NCBI GenBank assembly: GCA_963924565.1
Contig: OZ004608.1
Location: 23,126,001-23,190,000, forward strand
Source of the DNA: Ascidiella aspersa
Lineage: Eukaryota
DNA: 64,000 nt
Reading direction: 5' to 3'
Shown here: piece after piece, positions 52,906-64,000 of the stretch
How the letters are laid out: each line of letters starts with the position of its first letter
Position numbering within the stretch: the first letter of the stretch is position 1
Notes under the pieces: model-generated
Told to the model about the DNA's origin: nothing
Database searches by the model: none
The model's input: the letters and a program-made list of their open reading frames with translations, nothing else
Position numbers and translations under genes: made by a program

Positions 52906-53495
52906 ACAAGCAACCTGTAATCTTATAATTGTATTCAATAGAATAATTTGTTGGAAAAATGAATTTGAATAATGTCCGATTTTTTGTTTGACGCAATTAC
53001 AAAGGATATTCCTCCTCAAAGTAAGTGCATGAAGATTTTTCAATTTGTTTGCTTATTTGTAATGACAGTTCATCAAACAGGTTACGGACAAAATGACAAA
53101 TGGAAACAAAATCAAGAAACTTGCAATGACCTTTGTGGTGGTTTAAATGAATATTGTCCTCATCAACCAAAGCAATGTCTCCACCATATTTCCAACTATA
53201 CAGAACATTAGCAATCCTGTCCTAGCAGTATGGTATGTTTTATTGCAATTTTAATTATCAGGTAATATATTGCTAAATTATTTTCATCCTGCTGGTTTTT
53301 TGATAACTTTTGGGTATTTAAATATGTTCTATAATGTAAAAAGTTTAGCAGTGTCTTGCTGTCTTTAGGCATCCACCAGTGAGGGTGTTGAATTGATACA
53401 AATTCAAACTCAGGAACATCAATTCTCATCTCAAGTTGTTGACAACTGATGAACCAGCACACCGCAGCAGTCGCTGAGTCAGTTGGGGTAACAGG

Positions 53496-54320
53496 CCAGG
53501 TTGGAAAGTTTGGCCTGCGCGGGGGATTTATCCAGCAGCACCTTTAGCCGCGGTCACAGCCGCGCATTTTATAGAAAATGTGTTCAGCCGCGCAAACCTG
53601 ACTCAAGCAAACGCGCAAAACTTCAGCCGCGCAAACTTCTGTATGGAAGTAAATTACCTAAAAATGAGTAATACTACTAAAATATAAATACGGGCTTTAA
53701 CAAACTTTACTATTTACGAGAAGTATATTAACGTAATAGAAACGTTAGTATGGCTCCTGTAATACTGACGTCACATTTATTCACTCATCACTCGTGTATG
53801 ACCGAAAATGTGTCACCTTAAATCAGGCCTGCACAACTAAAATGGTACAAGGGCCACAACAAGCACAATAAAAATTGGCGGGCCGCATACTGAAGTTGCA
53901 TAACATTTTTAAACGCTAATCTATAAGACGTATAGAATACAATGCATCATATAAAATACCCTGCGAAACGCTAAAAACGCACAGTTCGGCGTTTTGGTCA
54001 CGCATCAGGGGACAACGGTCACGTGTTTAGTGACGTCAAATTAGGCAATATCGAGTAACATTGCACATTAAATGCTACACAATCCAGATTTTTAAATATT
54101 TAGCTGCGCCCGCACACCAACCAAAAATTGCTCAGTGCTTCAAGCATTCCATGAACGCTGTAAACCTGCAAGTTTATTATTATATCGCAACTTACAACGT
54201 TCGGTAGCCTGGTGGTTTATTTTCAGCCGCGCAAGTATAAGTCGAAATTTTATTTTCAGCCGCGCATTTTTTCAGCTGCAAAACATCTCCCCCGCGCAAT
54301 ACCCAAAGTTTCCAATCTGG
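53496..54320. mobile_element. 825-bp non-autonomous TIR element nested in the Harbinger
   Basis: TIRs CCAGGTTGGAAAGTTTGG / CCAAAGTTTCCAATCTGG; TSD GTAACAGG (53488-53495 and 54321-54328); CAGCCGCGCA repeats. Superfamily uncertain. Confidence 0.8.
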
Positions 54321-54699
54321 GTAACAGGTAAAATTTGAGTTTTATTTTGTTTATTTAGTAAAACTCTTAGTTTTGTCCGCATGTCAACATATTAAAGAAA
54401 TGTTTTTTCTTGTTCGTTTTTGTCATTCTGTTTTTAAATGCACTGTACACGTTTTTTTTGTAATTTATTATCTTGCTATATCATTTTTGTTATTAACATT
54501 TGCTATACATTCTTGAGTTTTTATTTGAATACACATTTAAAAATATCAAAATTGATAACTTGTTATCATTGCACAATTGTCAGCAAGATATTGACAGATG
54601 ATGTTCCTCACTAAACTATTCTTTGTTGAGCCTGTACCTTGTGGTATATAATGGCAGGTAACCTTGTGGTATAATGGCAGGCTTAGATATATCTCTATA

Positions 54700-54830
54700 A
54701 AATATGGAAGGTCTGGGGTTCTTTTATGTTCACAAATATTATGCAAAATACAACAAATTGTGAAAATCCTTGGTGCATCTGAAACTTTGACAGCAATCCG
54801 CTTTTGCAAAATCATCTTTAATAGGAAAAA
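54700..54830 (-). pseudogene. Harbinger transposase (DDE_Tnp_4-like) C-terminal remnant
   Basis: LQKRIAVKVSDAPRIFTICCILHNICEH matches the P-x-I-x-x-x-CC-x-LHN-x-C end motif of Harbinger/HARBI1 transposases; the DDE core is absent. Confidence 0.7.
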
Positions 54831-55421
54831 ATGAGGATATAACAATTTGTAGTCAGCAACCGCCGTCTCTTTCTTACTTTTGTTTTCAAAATAAACTTGT
54901 CTCTTTTAGGTACTATTTCATAAATCTCCAAAATACTACATCTTGGAAATAATTTTTCGGTCTCTTATCGCTTATATACTCAAAGACAACCGTACGAATG
55001 ATAGAAAACTGTGGCACAAACAGCGTTCACTTTATCTGAACGACCATGTGAATTGACCGCTAAAAGTGGCCAAAAAAGCCACCTTTTTCAGCCGGCCACC
55101 TTTGAAAAAGCCACCTTTCAAGTTGGCCATGTGGAAAGGCTAATTGTAACTTCACAAAAGTAAAATTTAAGGAGAAAGTCCGTCAATACAAAAAATTTTA
55201 AAATTTAGTTAATTGTATCAAAAATCAATTGCCCGAATCTCTATGAACATTACTTTTGGGGAAGCCATTTAGGTTGGAAAAAGTAAAATCGATAAAGCTA
55301 TGTTACTCTCGCCGTATTCACTGATTTTTGAAGACGAAAAAAATTTGCACCCAATTAGAAAATTTCGTTTCATAGAGATTTTATTTGTATAACTTACATG
55401 TAAAAGAATGCCAGTGTGAGT

Positions 55422-57541
55422 TGTCGCAACACGTCAGCACATCAAATTAATTCTTTGTTTTATCGCCTTAATGTTGCGTCATGAAAGCTTTTGTTTAAAT
55501 TCGATTGCCGATATCTCTTGCTAGAGTTTGCAACGAATGCCTTGTTACACCAATTTTTATGCGTCAGAGCTGTATGTGATGTTACGTATATCCGTTTAAA
55601 GTTAACGCATGTTTTGAAATTCGCCTTATTGTCAACAATCCGGTATTTTTTAGAATCGAACGCCAGTTACGTCGCTATGTAGATCGAAGCGCTTTTGTTC
55701 AAGCCATATTGGGACTAAAATATTATTTCCGTCTATAAGAGTCGAGAGAAAAAGGTTTAGACCACGCCTTGTTATCACGTGATATTTTGTTAAGTATTAT
55801 AAGAATTAATGACGTAAATCTTTCTTTGTTCGCAGAAATTTTTTTAACTGATTCTCGTCTATAAATAGCGTGTTCAATCAATATAAAATGGGGAGGCTTT
55901 TACAGCTTTTACTAAGACAGAAAAATTGACTGTTCATGTATCTGAACTAAAGGAAAGAATTGGACCTGAATGGCCTCAGGAAGACAAGCCATCTCAAATC
56001 TTGTAGGAGTGTGGTCGATTCATCTTGGCAATTATATAAATGAAGACTCATTAATCTGACCCACCCCCTCAAATTGGCGCGACCCGAGTAAGGATCGAAG
56101 AACTCAAATTTCACGCATATGTACAAGAAAAGATCTGCCTTAGTCTGTAGGGACCAGCTACAAGCGACCGCCTAAAAACTGTCATGTTTGGAACTTGCAA
56201 GAAGCCAGCTTTAGAAGAAAATAATCTCATCGAAAGATACGTGAAGAGACGCTCCATAGCGTCAGCAAAGCATTTGCTTGGATTACGGAACACTAAATAT
56301 AAACAAGCGTATTTTCTTGTGATGCGTCGTTATTTTAAAACTTACATTGAACGAATTGTGCAAACTAAAAAATGCAAATTTTTAAGGAAATGTTGCTTAA
56401 TGTTAAAAATCAATAGAATTTAATTTTGTATTGAATCGCAAAAGATTTTGAAATTTTAGAAAACAAACACAACAAGCGTTGGACAAAGCGATAGATCGAG
56501 ATGCAACGCGCAAAACAACGGCTTCCTGGTGACGTCAGAATTGCAACGCACCGCGCAGGGATTTTCTCCTGCAAGCCGCACAGATTTCCTGAAAAGCAAA
56601 AAGCCACAGCAAACTGCTCTGGCGTGTCGATGAAACACATTTCAAGCAACCAGCGAACGCTGACATCAAAATCCTCGTTGCCAGTTCAGGCACAAACGAA
56701 AATTTTCTCGAGGAATCAGGAATCGAACCAAAAACAATTGCGCAAATGCGTTAAATGATCGGACAATTTCGCGTCCAATGCTCCATAAGCATTTCACAAC
56801 AGCTGAAACACAACACACGAAAACAATTGGAAAATAATGTCATTCCTATATATTCGAAATGACTGCAAAACCTTTGCAAAGGGAGTATTTGTCGCAACAC
56901 GTCAGCACATCAAATTAATTCTTAGTTTTATCGCCTTAATGTTGCGTCATGAAAGTTTTTGTTTAAATTCGATTGCCGATATCTCTTGCTAGAGTTTGCA
57001 ACGAATGCCTTGTTACACCAATTTTTATGCGTCAGAGCTGTATGTGATGTTACGTATATCCGTTTAAAGTTAACGCATGTTTTGAAATTCGCCTTATTGT
57101 CAACAATCCGGTATTTTTTAGAATCGAACGCCAGTTACGTCGCAATGTAGATCGAAGCGCTTTTGTTCAAGCCATATTGGGACAAAAATATTATTTCCGT
57201 CTATAAGAGTCGAGAGAAAAAGGTTTAGACCACGCCTTGTTATCACGTGATATTTTGTTAAGTATTATAAGAATTAATGACGTAAATCTTTCTTTGTTCG
57301 CAGAAATTTTCTTAACTGATTCTCGTCTATAAATAGCGTGTTCAATCAATATAAAATGGGGAGGCTTTTACAGCTTTTACTAAGACAGCAAAGTTGACTG
57401 TTCATGTATCTGAACTAAAGGAAAGAATTGGACCTGAATGGCCTCAGGAAGACAGGCCATCTCAAATCTTGTAGGAGTGTGGTCGATTCATCTTGGCAAT
57501 TATATAAATGAAGACTCATTAATCTGACCCATACCCCTACA
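55422..57541 (+). mobile_element. Non-autonomous LTR retrotransposon (about 650-bp LTRs, about 820-bp internal region)
   Basis: LTRs 55422-56071 and 56890-57541 (TG...CA, about 98% identical); 4-bp TSD GAGT; PBS-like TGGCGCGACC at 56075; PPT-like AAAGGGAG before the 3' LTR; no pol. Confidence 0.88.
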
Positions 57542-59825
57542 GAGTAATCGAAAAAACTGTTATTTTACCCTTAATAATTTGTTTTAAGCATTTATGAGCA
57601 GTAACACAACAGTCGATCACAGGCATGCCACACCTTCAATTGTCATGGACTGTTACGTCACAAACAATTTAGTTAATGTTACGTTTGCTACGCATTAATG
57701 TAGGAATCACAGCATTTTTTAAAAGTCATTGTAATGTTAATATATTGGAATACTGGGTTTTCACGGTACACGTCATAAATGTGGATATTGTACGGAAAAA
57801 TAGTTACTCCGAGACGTAAATCACTATGAGTGAAAAGTTGGTCAACAAACAAGAAAATGCCGGCTTACACACAGATCAGGCAATAAACTTCTTCCCGTGC
57901 CAAAGTTTCGTAACCGAACCAGTTCTTTTTAATCATAAAAGCGCCTTTTTTACCAAAAATAAGAACGTTTATTTAAACTTGAAAAAAAAACTGTCTAGTA
58001 GAAATGCGCATCACTACATCAAAGTGTCTCTCGGTGAGCTGACTTTTGTTTCTTCACACCAAGCTATATAATATTATGTGAATGCTAGCCTCCACCCAGT
58101 ATAAGTTACTATATCAAAAGTAATTGTTGTGATTGCCGCGATTGTTTTATATTTCGAACAAATAAAGGTATATTGTGAACAAACAATGGCAGTTGGCTGT
58201 ATAACAAATTTGGTATTTTCTGACAATTGGCTGAATGACAAATTGAGCTTTTTCGAAAAGTTTACCTTGGAGTCTTTGACGTATACTTAATGCATAAAAG
58301 ATTAAAACTGTATCATCTCCACAGCTGAATGGCGGCACCCGCAATCATGTAAATAGTTAGTGCTGCGTCTTGATGCCGAAAATACTGCCATGCCATAAAG
58401 TAAAACATATTATAAAAGAAAGAATATACGCGCAAAGCTCGAAATATTTTGCGTTTACGTAGTTAAAGTTGGAAAAAATATAGTTTGACGGGCACTCACA
58501 GGGTCACATTTGTCACGCTTGCCTGAACCACGTTGAGACATTATAAAAATTGTTAGCCGTACAAACTTTTAAAATACAATACAATATATCTACAGCATTC
58601 ACGCGGCCCACAACTACATGATAAAACTAAACTATTAACAAGTAGCTCACGGCCCACTGAAAATGACTCTGCGGCCCACAGTTTGCCGACCACTGACCAA
58701 GGGAGAGTCTCCTTACGTATAATGGCGGTGCGAAGGCATAATCTGCAACAAAGGTAGTCTGGCACAAATTTGTTGTCTAAGAATGAATGTGAGATGATAA
58801 GATAACCTGAGTCAAGGTTGCTAAGATGGTTTACTTTTTCACTTTGCAATTTAGCAGTGACAATTAAGAATTAATATATTTTATTTAATTTATGCAATTA
58901 ACACTTATGACGCAATCAATACGTCATGTCGTATATGCCGTGTGGTTGTCGGACTTTGTTGCTATTTATGGCCGCTCTGCGGTACATTTAGATGTTAATA
59001 GCAATTTAGTTGACGCATCACGTGGACTAATTGATTTTGTCCAACTGACTGTTTTGCGAACCGAACTGACTGTTTTGCGAAATAAACGTAACTATAGATG
59101 CTATTTAGACTTTTTGTGGGAGTTTATGGCACCTTTCCCGTGATGAAAGAACAAAACCACTTTCCGTTGCAATATGATTTTTTTATTATCATTTTGGACC
59201 TAAATATAGCCGTCGTCCAAATTAATATTTGGACATTTTGGAGGAAAAACGTTTATATACAATTTGCGCAGCAGTTTAACACATATTTTTAAATTAAAGA
59301 TTTCTAACTTGAGAACAATTACTTGTTTTATAAGTATTATGACAATATGCTAATATTAGTGCAAGCCGTACTAAATTGAGCGCGATTTTTTTAAACCTGT
59401 TACGACCTGTTTCTGGTTAAATATTTGATCTGGTTGTCAGTTCAAAAGATCTCCATAGCAGATGTTCGAATAAGCCAACTACATAGCGACAGTGCTACAA
59501 AGTTAAAAATTAACAAAAATTCCCAGCCACCTTAGCTTGCATTCGTATGAATAAATTTTTGATATGTAAAGAAATTTATGAATGGCTTTCCTACAAGTAT
59601 TTTGCTTCACGAACAATATGACTTTTTAATAAGCAACCTGTTTATTACACTTTTTTGTTGTTCTTAGTGCCGCAACGTAACGAATGTGCCCATAGTAATT
59701 GAGATATTTTAGTGAGATTACCCGAAGAGTGGCACAAATGTGATTAGAAGAGTTAGGTTATTATTTAGCGCATTTATTTGTTTGAGGTGCGGACGACACT
59801 TTGTGTGACTACAGTTCAACTAATC

Positions 59826-60126
59826 CAGTGCTTCTCAACCTATGGGTCGCGACCCAAAATTGGGTCGCTGTTTGATTTGGTTGGGTCGCCGACCGCAGTA
59901 GCTCACATGTTTATACTAATTGAGATTGGTTCCGAGAAAGGTTTCTCAATTTGGAAAATTAAGGACAATACAAATAATGTCTTATAATAATTTTTCGAAG
60001 AAATTCGAAATTCTTTATGCTAATGCCTATTTTTTGTTCGCTTACAAGAAAAAACAATTGGGTCGCTTAGTTGTCATACTTACGCTTAATATTTGGGTCG
60101 CCGCGAAAAAAGGTTGAGAAGCACTG
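59826..60126. mobile_element. 301-bp hAT MITE
   Basis: Perfect 15-bp TIR CAGTGCTTCTCAACC; 8-bp TSD AACTAATC; five GGGTCGC repeats. Confidence 0.95.
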
Positions 60127-61131
60127 AACTAATCTGTAAGAAGAATAGCAAACTCTTTCCGATCATGTTTTGTGAGGGAAGTAAACAATACTGACTGGAC
60201 GCTTTATAGTAATGAGAGGAAGATGGATTTTTGGTCATGTTAGTCAAAACACAGTGGACCCACTGTGACTTTAATGGAAGCGTAATTACTCAGTATATCG
60301 TGGTTTGGACGTTTGGTCACGATTTGTTGTGATAAGCTGCCATGTCAAGGGTCGTGAATGCGCACGTAGTTCTGACCGCACAATGCGAACTGGCCGATGT
60401 AACTTCTTTGTACGCAACGTTGACCCCACGCCGACTTCAATGTGTTCTGTATCAGGATTAAAATTTTGAGTTTACTTTCCCTTATCTTTACATTCAGAAA
60501 CGTTTCAGTATAAAGCTCAAGCTGTTAAGATAAATTTTGCTTCGAGGTTTAAAGCGTTGTTCGTATCATATTAAGATCTTGCTTTAGATATCATCTATAT
60601 TGTAGTAAATATTTCAATATTTCGTCCGAAAAACTAGGCTTAACCAGTCAGTTTGTTTTAGGTTGTTCATCAAGAAACGAATATTCAAAGTAACAAACAG
60701 ATTTTCGTTAGTACCAACAGATTTGTTTGAAAATATTATGTTAACTAACGTAGGGCATTAATAGCTTTTTTCATTTTAGTCTTTCAAAAAGAGGTTCCTA
60801 GCAATATGTTTTTGGTCGCTTAATATCTTAACTTACGATTTCTTATCGTCTTTTCCCATTCAAAAAATATATTTGTTCCGATTCCGACCGAAAGTATCAA
60901 AATGAACGTGCCACAGCAGAGCTAAAATGTTTCCTGAAAACAATATTTATTTTACGTTTATAAATTTTAATTGTGTTTCTACCAAATAGTTGTTTCTATT
61001 ATATTTCTTATTTTGTTTACCTTAAACGAAATACTTTTAGCAGCGGTTTGATGGGTTAAGGTTATCTAATATATAGTTAATCCATAAAAGGTTCATGTTG
61101 TGGAGGCTTTACTAAAAAAAATACTCAAAGA

Positions 61132-61191
61132 TGATGTCACAAAGTTACGTCATGCCGTGACGTCACAAGGTTACACCTAATCGTTACGTCA
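61132..61191. promoter_or_regulatory. CRE/ATF site cluster upstream of the coiled-coil gene
   Basis: TGATGTCA, TTACGTCA, TGACGTCA and TTACGTCA within 60 bp, about 450 bp before ATG 61639. Confidence 0.5.
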
Positions 61192-61638
61192 TAAATAAGT
61201 ACCTTAAAGAACAACAGATAGGGCGTTTACTAGTGTTTTAATTTGGCTCGGTGTTACTAAAAATACAAAAGCCGTATAACAAAGAATTATCACAAAACGA
61301 AAAACACTGTTTTGGTTGCCAAATCTGTCATTTTAGAAGATGTATGGCTTTGTGTCCCCCTGAATCCGTCCCTTGGCAATGCTTTTACTTTACGTGTCAC
61401 AAGACTTCGTTCAACAGACAACACCTCTAAACTTGCAACTTTCGTATTTGTGACATTCAACCTATTCAACCCTATTTAATCAAAGTAGTAGCATTGGATC
61501 AGACGGCAACGCTTTTGGCCTAAAATGTTAGGAAAATAACAGGACTACTTAGTTTTACGTAGTTTTTTATTCATGTAAACAATATGCAAAGTTTTGGGTT
61601 CTTGAAACGTAGTTCATATATATATTGGCTTAGCATAC

Positions 61639-61860
61639 ATGGCAATGAAGGTAAAATTTGCACCCAACAATCTGCCTTTAAAAGAAAGCAAACAAGGCAT
61701 CAAAGTTTCAACAACAGTTGACGATGACGATGGTAAGATAGGAAGCGTGGTATATGGACTAAATCAAGGAAGTGATTTTTCACAGAACATTGGTGACACG
61801 AATACAACTCGCAATTATGTCCCAAGCGAGTTGTTAATTCAACGTGACGAAGCTTTAAAG
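61639..61860 (+). CDS. Coiled-coil protein, first coding exon
   Basis: MAMKVKFAP...IQRDEALK|GTTTGA, phase 0, in frame with the next two exons. Confidence 0.65.
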
Positions 61861-62382
61861 GTTTGATATAAATGAAACTTAGTTAATAAAAGTATCTTAA
61901 ATACAATACCGATATAGAAAGCTTTATGGTAGTACATGTGCTGCAGTATCTTCAATATACATTGCGATAAGAATTAAACAGTTTTTTAAAGGAGTATTTA
62001 ATATTCATTTTGAGTATTAATAATCATTTTGTGACAATTCATCGACAGTCAAAGATTTGGGTTTTATTAATAACCCACTTAGTTTCCCTAGCAATATCAT
62101 GTTTAAAGCAACAAGCCTTACAACGCTTTTGCGAATAATGGTGTCGATTTTAAGATAACATAAAGACCTTAGGGAAATGTGGTCCAACGGTGCTTTGTAA
62201 CTTTGCCTTGTGTTATTTAAGGGGCTAAAATTGCGTCGATCCATCGCCCAAAAGCAAAGCAACGATAACCATTCCTGTCAAATACCACCTCACAAAGGTT
62301 GTTTTTTCTAGGGGCGGCTATATAAGTTGTGCGAAAAGAAATACACACTCTGTATAGTCTGACTTTACTTTCTTGTTTCTAG

Positions 62383-62550
62383 CGCGAGGAAGCAGCCCGG
62401 GATAGGCTTAAACTACAGGAAAGCATTCACTTGAGGCAAATGCAAGAGTTGCGCGCTCAAGTAAAGAAACTGGCGGTTGAAAACCTTAAACTTCAGCGCT
62501 CTTCTTGGGCAGGATCAAACACGAAATCCGACAAGAAAAAGGATGGCAAG
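62383..62550 (+). CDS. Coiled-coil protein, exon 2 (not in the ORF track)
   Basis: TTCTTGTTTCTAG|REEAARDRLKLQESIHLRQMQELRAQVKKLAVENLKLQRSSWAGSNTKSDKKKDGK|GTTAAC; 168 nt, heptad pattern. Confidence 0.78.
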
Positions 62551-63170
62551 GTTAACGTTTTAATGTAGCAACAGCCTCTACTTAGTTTTTAACCTAACTG
62601 TGGGAAATTTTAGGAAATGGCTTACCTTACGACATGCTAAAAATCTTTTATAATCTTTAGGTTTCAATTCAAACAATTTTAAGTCTTAAACAGTCAGATA
62701 AAAGAGTTTAGATAAATTTGAATCAAATCTAAATTACTTCGTGATATATAATAAGCATTTTTTGTTTACACAAACAGAATGAGCCAAATTGCAAATTAAT
62801 CCGGATTTTTTTAGAATGAAGCGAAAGTGGTTTACGAGGTTGCTGCATTAGTCAGTTGATGTAAAAATTCCGCTAATATATACGCAACACTATTTAATAT
62901 TGTTAAATATATGATTAAAGTTTTTGCAAGATTAATTTACATTTCGCTTTCGGATAATGCGGGTACGCATTTTATGCCGATTAAAGCGGTCCGGATTAAC
63001 AAGATTTATTTGTATTTACCACATTTTTTGTATTATAAATTAAAAGGCTTAGGGCAATAAATTAACAATTAAAATTTGGTGACATTTATAAATTGCACGT
63101 TGGTCCATTCCAAGTAGCTTATGCTGTCTTGTTTTATCGCACGCCTGAACAGGGTAATAATGTTTTGTAG

Positions 63171-63269
63171 AGTCGTGAAGTACGGGAACTGAACAAATCT
63201 ATCGATTGTCTTCGAAATGAAAACTTATCACTGCAACGGAAGCTAGATGAATTGTCTGAGTTTATTCAG
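63171..63269 (+). CDS. Coiled-coil protein, exon 3; the gene probably continues beyond the window
   Basis: TTTTGTAG|SREVRELNKSIDCLRNENLSLQRKLDELSEFIQ|GTCATT; 99 nt, phase 0, heptad pattern. Confidence 0.75.
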
Positions 63270-64000
63270 GTCATTAAAAAACATTACTATATTAAAGGTT
63301 TACCTTGATATTTTTTCGTTTTTATATTAGCATATTGGTGTTGGCGAGCAACGGAGCTGAGTCGGTCTAGTTTTGAAGGCTCGTCAGTCTTGCTTTTCGT
63401 CATTTCGACAAGATTTAGAATTATAAGTTATATTTTCCCCGATATCTAAAGGTTATTAAAGTTTGCTTTTATTAATGCGAAAACTACTAGGCTGAAGTAC
63501 GCTTAGGCTTTACTTAGGCTTTAAGGCTTTACTAAGCACAGACAGAGTCAAACATAAATAAAGGACATAACATGGAAACACACAATAAGACCAAAAAATC
63601 AACAAAAGCAGAAAAATCTAAAAAATTGTAGTATTAATACCAATTTTATTTAGACTTGCCTGCAGTTGACAAATACTAACCTATAACCTGAGGACAATGG
63701 TCAACAAGATAGTGGGCAGGCATGTTGAAAAAAGGGCTAGCCCGGGTAAAACAAAACATTTAAAAAAAAACAAAAAACATATTTTTTTACCGATGCTACC
63801 TAAACAAATTGTCGTTATGGATTCTGGCTCCTTTCACCACTGGTTAATTGTGGCCTAAGGTTATGGCAATCTTGGACACTCTGAAAACAGTGGTATATTG
63901 TGGCCCTCGGGTTGATCTATACATGGTTACATTTGGCCAGCAGAGCAATTTGAGTTTGAAACACTTGGTCTCAAGAACTCTAATGCGGTGAAATCGAAAT

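Larger units (their letters stand above)
47743..55142. mobile_element. PIF/Harbinger-superfamily DNA transposon, internally deleted, host of nested insertions
   Basis: Perfect 18-bp TIR TAGCCTTTCCACATGGCC / GGCCATGTGGAAAGGCTA; 3-bp TSD ATT; AAAGGTGGC/GCCACCTTT subterminal arrays at both ends; transposase remnant. Confidence 0.85.

Noticed and set aside
55491-57150. Two identical 63-aa ORFs as duplicated genes
   Set aside because: They are non-ATG ORFs inside the two LTRs of the non-autonomous element.

Overview
AT-rich eukaryotic (animal) genomic DNA, most likely an invertebrate chordate such as an ascidian; this is inferred from gene content and repeat types and is not proven. Bases 1-30.4 kb carry, on the minus strand, the alternative 5' coding exons of a cAMP phosphodiesterase PDE4 gene. 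These are a 3-exon PDE4D7/B1-like N-terminus, a PDE4D5-like exon (RRFTVA), a PDE4D3-like exon (FRRHSWI) and two unrecognised long leaders. All five end in a phase-2 donor pointing at a shared exon left of the window. Bases 31-44 kb are intergenic with MITEs. Bases 44.3-57.5 kb are a transposon stack. It holds a foldback/MULE-like element (9-bp TSD) carrying a hidden multi-mini-exon gene, and a Harbinger-type element into which a young Gypsy LTR retrotransposon and a MITE have inserted. A non-autonomous LTR element follows. The Gypsy has no tRNA primer site; instead a 59-bp LTR-complementary hairpin abuts the LTR, suggesting self-priming. From 61.6 kb a divergently transcribed, spliced coiled-coil gene begins behind a CRE cluster. 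Coordinates were counted by eye and vertebrate comparisons are from memory; no searches were run.
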